Assembly: GCA_034439475.1 (NCBI GenBank)
Contig: JAWXAN010000035.1
Coordinates: forward strand, 5,908-69,907
Reading direction: 5' to 3'
Origin: Candidatus Zixiibacteriota bacterium
Lineage (GTDB): Bacteria; Zixibacteria; MSB-5A5; GN15; FEB-12
DNA length: 64,000 nt
Part shown: in pieces, positions 45,205-56,489 of the stretch
Numbering within the stretch: position 1 is the stretch's first letter
Layout: every line of letters starts with the position of its first letter
Program-made: the position numbers and the translations under genes
Notes under the pieces: generated by a model
What the model saw: only the letters and a program-made list of their open reading frames with translations
Database searches by the model: none
What the model was told of the DNA's origin: nothing

Positions 45205-45298
45205 TATGTCTCCTTGGTGGTAGCATCCGTTCAAGTATAATCGATACTTTCCTATATTTCAACTAGAGACAAAGCTAAATCCCTGCTTGCTTTAGCCG

Positions 45299-45327
45299 TT
45301 GACCCGTTGAACCGCCAGTTCTATATT
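45299..45327 (+). promoter_or_regulatory. candidate sigma70-like promoter of gmd-rmd-dehydrogenase operon
   Basis: TTGACC (45299-45304), a 17-nt spacer, then TATATT (45322-45327), 62 nt upstream of gmd. Confidence 0.5.
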
Positions 45328-45352
45328 GGAAAGCTTTTTGCCGATTTAGTAA

Positions 45353-46357
<1,005 letters not shown>

Positions 46358-46361
46358 ACGA

Positions 46362-47342
46362 ATGAAGCGTCCGCACGCGTTTATCACCGGCATCGCCGGG
46401 TTTGCAGGATCGTTTTTGGCCGAAGAGCTTTTGGCGCATGGCTACACTGTTTCAGGTTCAACAAATACGAAAGAGCCTCTTCGTAATCTCAAAGACATTC
46501 AGAAGAAACTGAACCTTGTGGAACTGGATATTACAAACGCGAAAAAAACCGAACAGATTGTGATACGCCTTAAACCGGACTATATGTTTCATCTGGCCGC
46601 GATTGCCTCGGTGGGGAAATCTTTTGAGATGGAGCGCCTGACTTTTGATGTAAACCTCAGTGGCACAGTCAATCTCCTTGAAGCGGCAAAGCAGACGAGA
46701 TCGCTAAAGCGTTTTTTGTTTGTCGGTTCTGCGGATTGCTATGGGAAATTTTCTCCTGTGAATAAGACCTTGAGAGAAAATCAGCCACTCAATCCGATAT
46801 CGCCTTATGGCATTTCCAAAGCGGCCGCGGAACAGACCAGTTTGTATTATTTTCGCCAACATGGTCTTCCAGTAGTCATTACGCGCGCCTTCACTCACAG
46901 CGGCCCGAGGCAGACTGACAGCTTTGTTGTGCCATCGTTTGCCAAGCAAGTGGCCATGATCGAAGCCGGGATTCAAAAGCCGATTATCAGTGTGGGCGAT
47001 CTTTCGGCGCGGCGGGATATCTCAGATGTCCGAGACATTGTATCTGGTTACCGGCTGGCCGTTGAAAAAGGAGTACCCGGCGAAATCTATCAACTTTCCA
47101 GCGGAAAAAGTGTAGAGGTAAAGAAGTTGCTTGAGGGGCTGGTGAGCCTCTCATCTGCGAAGATAAAAGTGGGAGTTGACAAGGCGCGGCTTCGCAAATC
47201 AGATATTCCAATTTTGCGCGGTGATAATCGGAAAGCGGTTGAACAACTTGGGTATAAAAGCCGATACAGTGTTCGTGAAACTTTGCAGGAGACACTGCAG
47301 TATTGGCGGACTGAGGTTCGATCAATGAGAAAGAAAGGCTAA
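46362..47342 (+). CDS. rmd: GDP-4-dehydro-6-deoxy-D-mannose reductase (Rmd-like SDR)
   Basis: 326 aa with ITGIAGFAGSFL, PISPYGISKAAAE, RAFTHSGPRQTDSFVVPSFAKQVA and VGDLSARRDISDVRDI. These resemble my recollection of Pseudomonas Rmd more than Fcl/WcaG. It directly follows gmd. Confidence 0.7.
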   Translation: MKRPHAFITGIAGFAGSFLAEELLAHGYTVSGSTNTKEPLRNLKDIQKKLNLVELDITNAKKTEQIVIRLKPDYMFHLAAIASVGKSFEMERLTFDVNLSGTVNLLEAAKQTRSLKRFLFVGSADCYGKFSPVNKTLRENQPLNPISPYGISKAAAEQTSLYYFRQHGLPVVITRAFTHSGPRQTDSFVVPSFAKQVAMIEAGIQKPIISVGDLSARRDISDVRDIVSGYRLAVEKGVPGEIYQLSSGKSVEVKKLLEGLVSLSSAKIKVGVDKARLRKSDIPILRGDNRKAVEQLGYKSRYSVRETLQETLQYWRTEVRSMRKKG

Positions 47343-48680
47343 ATGAAGACGAAAAAGGTAAAAGGGTCGTACTACGATACCCTGATGACTAAGATAAAAG
47401 ACCGCAAAGCCAGAGCGGGCATCATAGGTCTTGGCTATGTGGGACTTCCATTGGCAATGGCGCTTGTCGAAGCCGGTTTCAAAGTTACAGGCTTTGATAT
47501 CTCAACGACAAAAGTTAGATTGCTCAACTCCGGAAAGTCCGATATCGACGACATTCCTGATATGGTTGTCTCTGGGTCTGTGGCCACCGGCAAGTTTCTC
47601 GCGACCGATAATCCGAAAGATCTTGCAGGTCTTGATATAATTTCAATCTGTGTCCCGACCCCGCTATCGAAAACAAAAGACCCCGATGTCAGCTACATCC
47701 TTTCGGCAATGGGGTTTGTGAAGGACAATTTTACAAAGGGCTCGCTTGTGGTCCTTGAATCCACAACCTACCCCGGTACAACCGAAGAATTGATTTTGCC
47801 GCTTTTGCAGGGGGGGGATATGAAAGTCGGCAAAGACTTCTTTCTTGCCTTCTCGCCTGAGCGCGTTGACCCGGGTAATGCCAAGTATAATACCCGCAAC
47901 ACACCAAGAGTGGTCGGGGGAATTACACCCAATTGCACATTAGTGGCTAAGACTTTTTATGAAGCCACAATTCCAAACGTCTATCCCGTTTCCTCGACCC
48001 AGGCCGCGGAGATGGTCAAACTGCTTGAGAATACTTTCCGCTCGGTGAATATCGGCCTTGTTAACGAAGTCGCTCTGATGTGCGAGCGGCTCAAAATCGA
48101 TGTCTGGGAAATTATTGATGCCGCGGCAACGAAGCCATTCGGATTTATGCCGTTCTATCCCGGGCCGGGACTTGGAGGGCATTGCATTCCCATTGACCCG
48201 CATTATCTCTCATGGAAACTGAAGTCGCTCAACTACTACGCCCGATTTATTGAACTGGCCGGGGAAATTAACAGCCACATGCCCGAATATGTGGTCGAGC
48301 GTATTTCCGGATTCATGAATCATCGTTTTGCCAAAGCCCTAAATAAATCCTCGGTACTCGTGCTGGGATTGGCCTACAAAAAAGACATTCAGGATGTCCG
48401 TGAATCTCCGGCATTGGACGTAATAAAATTACTCGAAGACAAAGGGGCAAAGGTGACATACAACGACCCCTATGTTCCGACGTTCAATTGGCGTGATAAA
48501 TTGGCAAAATCGACCAAGTTGACAGACTCTGTTTTGGCAAAAGCGGATCTTGTGGTTATCGTAACCGACCATACCCTTTATAATTACCAGTGGATTGTGG
48601 ACAAGTCAAAGGCTATTTTCGATACCCGGAATGCGACCAAAAAGGTTCTCAAAAACAGACAGAAGATCGAATTACTCTAA
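47343..48680 (+). CDS. nucleotide-sugar dehydrogenase (UDP-N-acetyl-D-glucosamine/mannosamine dehydrogenase family)
   Basis: 445 aa with an N-terminal Rossmann fold IIGLGYVGLPLA, a catalytic GGHCIP region, and a UDPG_MGDP_dh C-terminal domain. Confidence 0.85.
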   Translation: MKTKKVKGSYYDTLMTKIKDRKARAGIIGLGYVGLPLAMALVEAGFKVTGFDISTTKVRLLNSGKSDIDDIPDMVVSGSVATGKFLATDNPKDLAGLDIISICVPTPLSKTKDPDVSYILSAMGFVKDNFTKGSLVVLESTTYPGTTEELILPLLQGGDMKVGKDFFLAFSPERVDPGNAKYNTRNTPRVVGGITPNCTLVAKTFYEATIPNVYPVSSTQAAEMVKLLENTFRSVNIGLVNEVALMCERLKIDVWEIIDAAATKPFGFMPFYPGPGLGGHCIPIDPHYLSWKLKSLNYYARFIELAGEINSHMPEYVVERISGFMNHRFAKALNKSSVLVLGLAYKKDIQDVRESPALDVIKLLEDKGAKVTYNDPYVPTFNWRDKLAKSTKLTDSVLAKADLVVIVTDHTLYNYQWIVDKSKAIFDTRNATKKVLKNRQKIELL

Positions 48681-48810
48681 CAGGCTTTTCCTTATAGGTT
48701 ATTCAACTGCATTGAGATAACTCTTGATTGTCTCAAGTCGGTTTTCTGTGTCTGTCTCTCCTTCAAGATTAGTCATAATGTGCCGAATAGTATATCGATA
48801 GGCATATTTT

Positions 48811-50892
48811 ATGATAGAAATACAAACAGCTAACTCAAAAACACTCTCGAGTATTGGCCTCATCCTCAAAGACCTGCTGAAAGTAATCAAAGTCGTTTCG
48901 ATGTATCCGGAGGGTAATCCTCTGCCGGCCTCGCTTAAGCGTACATTCTCAGAAAAGCTGGTCGACCTTATCGAAGACTTTGGAGAGATTGCCGTCACAG
49001 TCAATAAGGACAACCTTGTCTATAACGGCGAAGTCGCCTACACTGACAAATCCAAGGAAGAGTCACTTGCAGGACTCTTTTTCACCAGCGGGATTACTAC
49101 GATTCGTTTCGGCGCGGAATTAAGCGTTGACGACATTTATCACTTCCTTGATGTGCTCAAAACATTTGTAAATGCGACCAATAAATCTTTGGACCTTGTC
49201 GCCCTGCTCTGGGAAATGGGAAGCCCGAACATCACCTTCAATACTGTTGAAGATGTCGCCCTCTCAGGTTACGAAGGAGACCTTAAAGTCAAAGAGACCC
49301 AAAGAGGTGGCGGCGGATATTCGTCGGGAGACAGCGCTGACAAGTATAATTCCATTTTTACCGAAGGGGATATACTCGATGATGGCAGCCCTAATGCTGA
49401 TGAAGAAATAGTTTTCGGTGATAGCATTTTCATCGAAAATGGGAACTTTGGTATACCTCAAGCGAAGAATCAGGGAATGACGACTGGACAAAGTCCAGCG
49501 CCAAAACAGGGACAACAACCAACAGCCTCGGGTTCCGGACTGTCCCAACCAACACATTCCAGCGCGAAGAAGATCGGATATAGCGATTCCGATTCAGAGC
49601 AGCTTGAGGAACTGGGCCTTAAAGAAGCAAGTGGCAATAGTTCCCAGCCCGGAATCTCGGAGCTTTTTAATTTCCCCGCAGAACTCCCGCGAGATGCTGT
49701 GGGAAGTAAATCCACCTCTGCTTCCGGCAGTTCGGGTCCACTTTCGGGACGCTCAGTCATCGAAACTGCATTGCTGCTTAATGATGAACTCAAACTTTCT
49801 CAGGAAGAGAAAGAGTATGTAAAAACATTAACTGCTCACGATGCTGATTTCGATATGAATGAATCTACTCTTGAACTCTGCAAAGAGATGCTGCATCAGG
49901 AAACCGACATGACTGGTTTCTATGAGACAGTTACCATTATCGAAAAAGTACACGGCGAATTCATAGAAAACGGACGTCTGACGGAGGCCGGACAAATTCT
50001 GGAATACTTTGAGACGCTCGATGCTGCTGTCAGGGCAGAGAAACCGATGTGGGCGGAACGTCTGAAAGAAGCGAGGGCGATGGCCGGAAGCCGTGAGCGG
50101 ATTAGACTGCTGGCCGACTCGGTTAACACTCACCCGAATCTTGGCCCCGCGGACCTTCGCAGGTATCTGCAAGTCTTCGGCAAAGAATCGCTTCTGGGAA
50201 TAACTGAACTTGTTGGCTGGATCACCGACCGGGGATACTATGCCATGCTCTCTGATTTTCTCGTCAAAGCGGGTAAAGAACAAATCCATATCATCGCCAA
50301 AGGGATATTCGACAAGCGACCCGATGTAGTTATCAATACAATAACTGTCCTGGCACAGATAGAGGATCCGGCTGCGTTCAACTACCTTCGTAAAGCTGCC
50401 TCAAATGAAAACCTTGCTGTGCGCAAGGAATTGATCAGCCGGCTCAAAGATAGTCCGGTGGAAGAATCATTGGCTGTTTTGGGAATGATGGTTTTTGATA
50501 CTTCGGCCGCAATACGCAAAGAAGCTATCGAATCAATCGTCTTAAAACAAACGCCTCGTTCGTTTACTGTTATTAATTCCCTCATTATGGGAGATCGACT
50601 CGACACGCTGGATATAGAAGAGCGTCAGTCAGTTCATAACGCTTTCTCCAAGCTGGGAGGAGCTGAAGCCATCGATTTCTTCTCGGAGAAAATCCTCAAA
50701 TATAACTTTGGTTTTAACAAGAAGCTTTCATTTGTGCGAGCATCTGCATTTGAGTCCCTGAGATTCAATGAGAGTGAACGGTGCGAGAAGCTTCTGCTCA
50801 GGCTCTGCTCAAGCTGGCGGCCCGGCATTCGCAAGCGGGCTCAGGAAACTCTCCGCAGACGGCGTGAAACCATATTCGGAGGAACGAAATGA
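48811..50892 (+). CDS. hypothetical protein: N-terminal globular domain, long Ser/Gly/Gln-rich disordered linker, C-terminal HEAT-like repeats
   Basis: 693 aa. The HEAT-like segments are (DPAAFNYLRKAASNENLAVRKELISRL and DTSAAIRKEAIESIV). It is translationally coupled (ATGA) to the downstream HD-GYP-type gene. Confidence 0.5.
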   Translation: MIEIQTANSKTLSSIGLILKDLLKVIKVVSMYPEGNPLPASLKRTFSEKLVDLIEDFGEIAVTVNKDNLVYNGEVAYTDKSKEESLAGLFFTSGITTIRFGAELSVDDIYHFLDVLKTFVNATNKSLDLVALLWEMGSPNITFNTVEDVALSGYEGDLKVKETQRGGGGYSSGDSADKYNSIFTEGDILDDGSPNADEEIVFGDSIFIENGNFGIPQAKNQGMTTGQSPAPKQGQQPTASGSGLSQPTHSSAKKIGYSDSDSEQLEELGLKEASGNSSQPGISELFNFPAELPRDAVGSKSTSASGSSGPLSGRSVIETALLLNDELKLSQEEKEYVKTLTAHDADFDMNESTLELCKEMLHQETDMTGFYETVTIIEKVHGEFIENGRLTEAGQILEYFETLDAAVRAEKPMWAERLKEARAMAGSRERIRLLADSVNTHPNLGPADLRRYLQVFGKESLLGITELVGWITDRGYYAMLSDFLVKAGKEQIHIIAKGIFDKRPDVVINTITVLAQIEDPAAFNYLRKAASNENLAVRKELISRLKDSPVEESLAVLGMMVFDTSAAIRKEAIESIVLKQTPRSFTVINSLIMGDRLDTLDIEERQSVHNAFSKLGGAEAIDFFSEKILKYNFGFNKKLSFVRASAFESLRFNESERCEKLLLRLCSSWRPGIRKRAQETLRRRRETIFGGTK

Positions 50893-52337
50893 ACAGTCCA
50901 GCAACTGACGCTGCGCCCCGCTTGTTGGCTGGCAAGGCTGAAGAAAACATGCTTACTTCTTTTTTCGTGCTCTACAAAACAGCGCGAATATTGGAGCAGA
51001 ATAATGCAACCTTTAAAAGCCGTCTGAGCGGGTTTTACGAGATATTCAAAGGGCTTGCTTCTGAGCATAGCAGAATTTCCATCAAAATTATCTCAGGTCG
51101 TTATTTTGTCAATGAACAGATGGTGCGTTTCGATGACCAGGGTCTGTCCGGCGCTGCAAGCGTGGTCGCCGAGTGGAAAATGCTTGGTGTCGCTGGCGCT
51201 CACATTGAATCGTCGGTTACCCTTGAAGAGTTGAGCCGATTTTTCACCTTCATTTCCGCCATGCGCCCATCGGAGGAAAATATTGAATCTCTCAGCGGGA
51301 AACTGAAGAACCATGGCTTGCCGTCGATTCAATTGCTGTCATTCAAAGAGGTTGGAAGCGAAGTTCCATTTGAAAATAAAGAAGTGCGTCAGAAAGTCAG
51401 GGCTGCGGCGCGAACGACATTCTTCCAAGCCGTGTCGGTCGTAGAGGAAGTTGTGCTCAGCGCAGCTAAGGATAAGGGAATAAACGCCTCCAAAACACGC
51501 AGGGTGGTCCACAGTCTTATCGACCACATTACTCGCGATGAGTCCTCGCTAATCGAGCTCACCGCAATTCGCAATTTTGACGACTATACCTACGCTCATT
51601 CGACAAATGTGTGTGTCTACTCCTTGACTATGGGCGTACGGCTCAATCTCGACCGACCGCGCCTGTCACAGCTCGGATTTTCGGCGCTTTTTTATGACAT
51701 TGGCAAAGTTAAACTCTCGACGGATTTGATTCGCAAACCTGGTGCCTATGACGAGGACGACTGGCTGCAAATGCAGAGACATCCTCATCTTGGCGCCAAG
51801 ACGATTCTTCGCAATATGAAGCTCGACGTCCACACCGCCCGCGCGGCGCGCGGCGCATTTGAGCATCATATCAACAATGACTTCACTGGTTATCCCTCCC
51901 TTCGTTACCAGCAGAGGGCGCCGGATCTGTTTTCAAAGGTTATTTCAATCGCCGACACTTTCGACGCATTGACTTCGGGACGGGTATACCTGAAAAAAGC
52001 GATGGGCCCCGATGTCGTGTTGAAAAAGATGAGCTATCAGATGAAAGTCAAATTCGATCCCTTTTTGCTCAAACTATTTAGTAATATCATCGGAATCTAT
52101 CCTGCTGGAACACTTGTGCTGTTGACCACCAATGAAATAGCGTTGGTTCTCACCAACAATGACACTGACCGCTCAAGGCCGTATATCAAAATCGTCGGTG
52201 ACGAAAAAGGACTTCTGGCCGACCCGCTCTGGACAGATCTCTCACAACTGGAGCATGCCGGCCGGAAAATAGCCCGGCAAATAGATCCCGAACGGTATGG
52301 TCTTGATCTGAAATCTTTTGTGCTTGAAGATAAATAG
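50889..52337 (+). CDS. HD-GYP family protein with degenerate metal site (YD-GYP)
   Basis: 482 aa. Motifs in order are YAHSTNV, ALFYDIGK (Y replaces the H of HD), HPHLGA, EHHINNDFTGYP (HHE..DG.GYP changed to HHI..DF.GYP) and ADTFDALTSGRVY. Confidence 0.75.
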   Translation: MNSPATDAAPRLLAGKAEENMLTSFFVLYKTARILEQNNATFKSRLSGFYEIFKGLASEHSRISIKIISGRYFVNEQMVRFDDQGLSGAASVVAEWKMLGVAGAHIESSVTLEELSRFFTFISAMRPSEENIESLSGKLKNHGLPSIQLLSFKEVGSEVPFENKEVRQKVRAAARTTFFQAVSVVEEVVLSAAKDKGINASKTRRVVHSLIDHITRDESSLIELTAIRNFDDYTYAHSTNVCVYSLTMGVRLNLDRPRLSQLGFSALFYDIGKVKLSTDLIRKPGAYDEDDWLQMQRHPHLGAKTILRNMKLDVHTARAARGAFEHHINNDFTGYPSLRYQQRAPDLFSKVISIADTFDALTSGRVYLKKAMGPDVVLKKMSYQMKVKFDPFLLKLFSNIIGIYPAGTLVLLTTNEIALVLTNNDTDRSRPYIKIVGDEKGLLADPLWTDLSQLEHAGRKIARQIDPERYGLDLKSFVLEDK

Positions 52338-52342
52338 TTGAT

Positions 52343-52951
52343 TCAAAACGTGAGTGTAAGCATCGCATTCACACCGCCAGCATCGTCCGGAAATATCGAT
52401 AGATCCACTTTGTGATTCTCCTGCATACTCGGCGAGCCAGATAAATGGGCATCGACATAGGCATCAAACATCGAAACAAAAATGGCAATTCCAGCAAACC
52501 AGCGAAACTTATAGCTATTATCACGGCGGTTTTCATACAGTCCGTACAACACATTCCTCTGGCTGATACTTGTTGCCGCCGTGTATTGCTTGCGGAAATT
52601 CGATGCCTGGCGGCCGTAGTGTATCGCTGATGCTATAAACCAAGTCTCAAAACCAATAATAATTCCCGCTTTGATATAACTTCTATTCTTTATCTGGCCA
52701 AGACCCGGCACGAGCATCGAGCGAAAGAGCGCTTTGGTCGGATTCTGTACCAATCTTGTTTCCAAGTCAACTGGGTTATCCACCTTCAGAGCGCCTTCTT
52801 CCGGTTCGTCGGGGATAAAAATGACCGTATCGCTGGTTGTTGTATCGGAGATTTTTATCCTATCAGTGTAGATTGAGTCATCTTGCGCGCTCACCCCTGA
52901 TGCAGAAAACACAAGCAGTAAATCAACGAAAATAATGATAGGCCATGTCAT
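52343..52951 (-). CDS. DUF5683 domain-containing membrane protein
   Basis: 202 aa with a signal peptide and the RSMLVPGLGQIKNRSYIKAG motif characteristic of DUF5683. Confidence 0.65.
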   Translation of the reverse strand: MTWPIIIFVDLLLVFSASGVSAQDDSIYTDRIKISDTTTSDTVIFIPDEPEEGALKVDNPVDLETRLVQNPTKALFRSMLVPGLGQIKNRSYIKAGIIIGFETWFIASAIHYGRQASNFRKQYTAATSISQRNVLYGLYENRRDNSYKFRWFAGIAIFVSMFDAYVDAHLSGSPSMQENHKVDLSIFPDDAGGVNAMLTLTF

Positions 52952-52957
52952 GGATTA

Positions 52958-53899
52958 TCAGGCCAATACTGTCAGCTGTTTTGGAGCCATGCTTACCTCG
53001 AGTGAATTATTTGGCAGAATGATAAGCTCGCCGTCGAGATAAAGCGTTTTTCCTTTGGTTGGCTGACAGGTTATAACTTTGCCTCGATAGAGACGAATGA
53101 TGTTTCCATAGACATATTCGCCTTTGGCTATCTTACGGGTATAGGCGGAAAACTCATCTGCATGATTTCCGTAGTCAAAAATAACTTCGGCGCTGCCATC
53201 GTCAGTGAGCGACACCGGCGACATGGGCAAGCCGACAGTGTAGGGCACAAGGTTTATATTTATCATAATGGGCGTGACTTCAAACCGAAAGCTGTCCACT
53301 TTTATAGTCATGGCTTCCGCTTTTACTTTCGAAGCAATCTGTGATCCGAGGGATGCCCAGCCGAAGTTAAACAAACGGGGGAATTTGCGCTGACTGAACT
53401 CTTCGGCAAAGAGCGGAACAAAACCAAGTCCGATCGAGCCAAAGAATGGTTGTCCCGATGCCACTGCGCTGTCGGCCATCCGCGTTTTTCCGGAAAGAAT
53501 CTGGGTGATGACTTTATCGGTGCTTCGATCGGAATACAGAGACCGAGCAATATTGTTCCATCGTCCAAGCGGAAGAATGCCAATGGGCATATCATGTTCA
53601 AGCGCCGCCCGGGCAGCAAGATTGACGGTTCCGTCCCCTCCGCAGGCAATGAGCGCGGTAATCTTGCCCCATTTGGATGCATCACCCGGCAGTTCCTGTA
53701 ATTTGTTCGATGCCGCGGCATGGGCATGCTCCAACAGTTCGCCTGCGGTTTCAGGTTCGGTTATGGTATAGAAGCCCCCCTGTTCTTTGATAGCGGTTGT
53801 GAGTTTGGTGATAGCTTTCGGATCATATTCAGCCGACTTTTTATTGACAAGAAGGCAAAAGTGAGATTTTCCGGATATCCGTTTGCGGCGTTTAAACAT
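52958..53899 (-). CDS. diacylglycerol/lipid kinase family protein (YegS/BmrU-like)
   Basis: 313 aa with the DAGK catalytic motif ACGGDGTVN and GILPLGRWNN. Confidence 0.8.
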   Translation of the reverse strand: MFKRRKRISGKSHFCLLVNKKSAEYDPKAITKLTTAIKEQGGFYTITEPETAGELLEHAHAAASNKLQELPGDASKWGKITALIACGGDGTVNLAARAALEHDMPIGILPLGRWNNIARSLYSDRSTDKVITQILSGKTRMADSAVASGQPFFGSIGLGFVPLFAEEFSQRKFPRLFNFGWASLGSQIASKVKAEAMTIKVDSFRFEVTPIMININLVPYTVGLPMSPVSLTDDGSAEVIFDYGNHADEFSAYTRKIAKGEYVYGNIIRLYRGKVITCQPTKGKTLYLDGELIILPNNSLEVSMAPKQLTVLA

Positions 53900-54060
53900 A
53901 TTTGAAGTAGCTCATATCTCCGTCATAGACCAGTTGTTCTGTCTCAGTTCGTTTTTATAAGATACATGCAACTAACCTGCTCTGTAAAGAGAAGATAACG
54001 AGTGTCGACAAAGCTATTACCAGTTGATTAGACGTCCCAAAGAGAGTATCTTAACGCTAT

Positions 54061-54909
54061 ATGTCTACGACCGCCGTGGCCTCTTCAAAACCCTCGCTTC
54101 AAAATATCTGGTATCTGATACCATTTATCATTTTGATCGGAATCTATGCCCCTGCCCTATCTGATTTGATCGTCAACTGGTACGAAGACGATAACTATTC
54201 CCATGGCTTTTTGGTGCCTCTTGTTTCGGGATATCTTATCTGGACGCAGCGGAAGCAACTGAGTGCGATCGTCTTGTCGCATGATATTCTCGGGATTGTG
54301 CCTATTGTCATCGGAATGGGGCTATTTATCCTGGGCAATGGCGCCTCCGAATATTTTACCGTCCGTTTTTCTTTCCTGCTCGTCTTGTGCGGGCTGGTCT
54401 GTTACCTCTTCGGTCGAGCGATTGTGCGGGCGAACTGGTTCGCCTTTTTCTTTCTGCTGTTCATGATTCCCATCCCGTATGTTATTTATTACGCCGCAAC
54501 GTTTCCGATGCAGGCCTTCGCGACAACAATCACCGTCTTTGTACTCGATACTGTGGGGATGGGCGTCGTCCGGCAGGGGAATATTATCCATATAGCTGGA
54601 CACTCGCTTGAGGTCGCAGAAGCCTGCTCTGGAATGCGCTCACTTGTCTCGCTCCTTGCGCTCGGGGCCCTGTTTGCTCACACAAGTCAGCGGCGGTTCC
54701 TACCCCAGATAATTCTTTTTCTTTCGACCATACCTATCGCGGTATTTGCCAATGTCGTTCGGGTCTTTACAACAACGGTGCTGGTTGGCTCAGGCTTTGC
54801 CGAAGTTACAACCGAGCCTTGGCATTCAATCATGGGGCTCATGGTTTTTGTTATTGCATTTGTTATGCTGTTTGTCGTTGGATTGATACTCAAACAGGTG
54901 TTCAAATGA
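54061..54909 (+). CDS. exosortase
   Basis: 282 aa, polytopic. It has the N-terminal W.EDDNYSHGFLVPL motif and the catalytic-region motif EVAEACSGMRSL, and it is followed by EpsI. Confidence 0.85.
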   Translation: MSTTAVASSKPSLQNIWYLIPFIILIGIYAPALSDLIVNWYEDDNYSHGFLVPLVSGYLIWTQRKQLSAIVLSHDILGIVPIVIGMGLFILGNGASEYFTVRFSFLLVLCGLVCYLFGRAIVRANWFAFFFLLFMIPIPYVIYYAATFPMQAFATTITVFVLDTVGMGVVRQGNIIHIAGHSLEVAEACSGMRSLVSLLALGALFAHTSQRRFLPQIILFLSTIPIAVFANVVRVFTTTVLVGSGFAEVTTEPWHSIMGLMVFVIAFVMLFVVGLILKQVFK

Positions 54910-55550
54910 GCCGCCCGGTGATAATTGCCTCAATCATCTTGTTCTTGGGAGGGGCATTCGGAAACTATTTGAGGTTTATCGAGCAGACTCCCGACCGTCC
55001 GGTCCAATTCAGCGAGATTCCGCTGAACGTCAACGGCTATATCGGTGATGAACGACGCTTCTCGGAGGAAAGCTACGGCATACTAAAAGCCGACACGACC
55101 ACACTCCGCTATTACCGCGGGCCTTCGGGAGAACAGCTCTGGCTATTTATCGCCTATTTTGCCTCTCAGAAATACGGAAGTCAGATTCATTCGCCCAAAC
55201 ATTGCCTGCCCGGCGGCGGATGGAATATAGAACGGCTCGAGCGGTACGCGCTTAGTCTGCCCGATGGCAAGACCAAACAGGTCAACCGGCTGATAATCGG
55301 CGAACGTGACCGCAAACAAATTATGTTCTATTGGTTTGAAACACGCAATGGAGATATTGACGATGAATTCATGCTCAAATGGGACCTCATGAAGAACTCA
55401 CTTTTCCTGAAACCGACCGATGCCGCCATCGTCAGGCTGACCGTCCCACTTGAGCGCAACGACAGCATTGAGAAAGCGACCGAACGAGCCACAGCCTATT
55501 TTGCGAACTTTTATCCGTCTATAGAAAAAGCGCTCCCTTTCGGAGACTAA
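54906..55550 (+). CDS. exosortase-associated EpsI family protein
   Basis: The start ATG overlaps the exosortase stop (ATGA). It has a TM anchor and then the IHSPKHCLPGGGW motif. The 29-codon upstream extension in the ORF track lies inside the exosortase gene. Confidence 0.8.
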   Translation: MSRPVIIASIILFLGGAFGNYLRFIEQTPDRPVQFSEIPLNVNGYIGDERRFSEESYGILKADTTTLRYYRGPSGEQLWLFIAYFASQKYGSQIHSPKHCLPGGGWNIERLERYALSLPDGKTKQVNRLIIGERDRKQIMFYWFETRNGDIDDEFMLKWDLMKNSLFLKPTDAAIVRLTVPLERNDSIEKATERATAYFANFYPSIEKALPFGD

Positions 55551-55571
55551 GGTATATCAGCGGGATTTGAT

Positions 55572-56489
55572 ATGGGAACCCTGTCACCAAAAATATTCGA
55601 ATGGCTATTCCGACTCGCCCGCCCCGAGCAGTGGATTAAAAACGGGCTGGTTATCATTCCATTAGTCTTCGCTGGCGAGGCTGGCTCGGTTTACAAAATC
55701 GAACGAATCATAGCCGCCTTTGTGATTTTTTGCCTGCTCTCGTCGTCGATGTATACTATCAACGACTTGGTCGATCGCGACAAAGACAAAATCCATCCGC
55801 TCAAAAAAAGCCGTCCGATTGCCTCTGGAAAAGTGAGTCCGACCCAGGCTGTGGTCTTTGCCTCACTTCTCATGGCCGCTGGTCTGGCTGGAGCGTGGCT
55901 GTTGGGAAGAAGTTTTTTTGTCATAGCAGGCACATTTGTACTTCTCAATCTCGCCTACTCGTTCGCGCTCAAAAATGTTGTCATTCTGGATGCCATGAGC
56001 ATTGCCTTCAGTTTTGTCCTTCGAACTTTTGCAGGCGCGGCGGCTATTGATGTTGTCGCTTCAAAGTGGATGCTTATAAACACGTTTCTGCTGGCCCTCT
56101 TTTTGGTTTTTGGCAAACGAAGACACGAGCTTGTTATGTTGGACAAAATAGCCACCGCTCATCGGGCCATTCTGGGAAAATACTCGTCGTATTTATTAGA
56201 CCAGCTTATTGCCGTCACAACTCCGTCGGTGGTGGTGATGTATATGCTCTATTCTTTTTCAAGCGAGGTCTCAGAGAAGTTGGGGACTGAGAACCTTTAT
56301 TTGACAATTCCGTTTGTTGTCTATGGAATTTTCAGGTATCTCTATTTGATTCACAAAGAAGACAAGGGGGGTTCACCGACGACAGTGTTGTTTGGCGACC
56401 GCCCAATTTTGTTCACTGTTATTCTTTGGATGATTACTGTTTTTGTTGTTCTGTATACGAGCCCGGGGAATCTCAGTTCCCCGATATAA
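55572..56489 (+). CDS. UbiA-family prenyl-phosphate transferase, decaprenyl-phosphate phosphoribosyltransferase-like
   Basis: 305 aa, polytopic, with the NDLVDRDKDKIHPLKKSRPIASG motif. Confidence 0.65.
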   Translation: MGTLSPKIFEWLFRLARPEQWIKNGLVIIPLVFAGEAGSVYKIERIIAAFVIFCLLSSSMYTINDLVDRDKDKIHPLKKSRPIASGKVSPTQAVVFASLLMAAGLAGAWLLGRSFFVIAGTFVLLNLAYSFALKNVVILDAMSIAFSFVLRTFAGAAAIDVVASKWMLINTFLLALFLVFGKRRHELVMLDKIATAHRAILGKYSSYLLDQLIAVTTPSVVVMYMLYSFSSEVSEKLGTENLYLTIPFVVYGIFRYLYLIHKEDKGGSPTTVLFGDRPILFTVILWMITVFVVLYTSPGNLSSPI

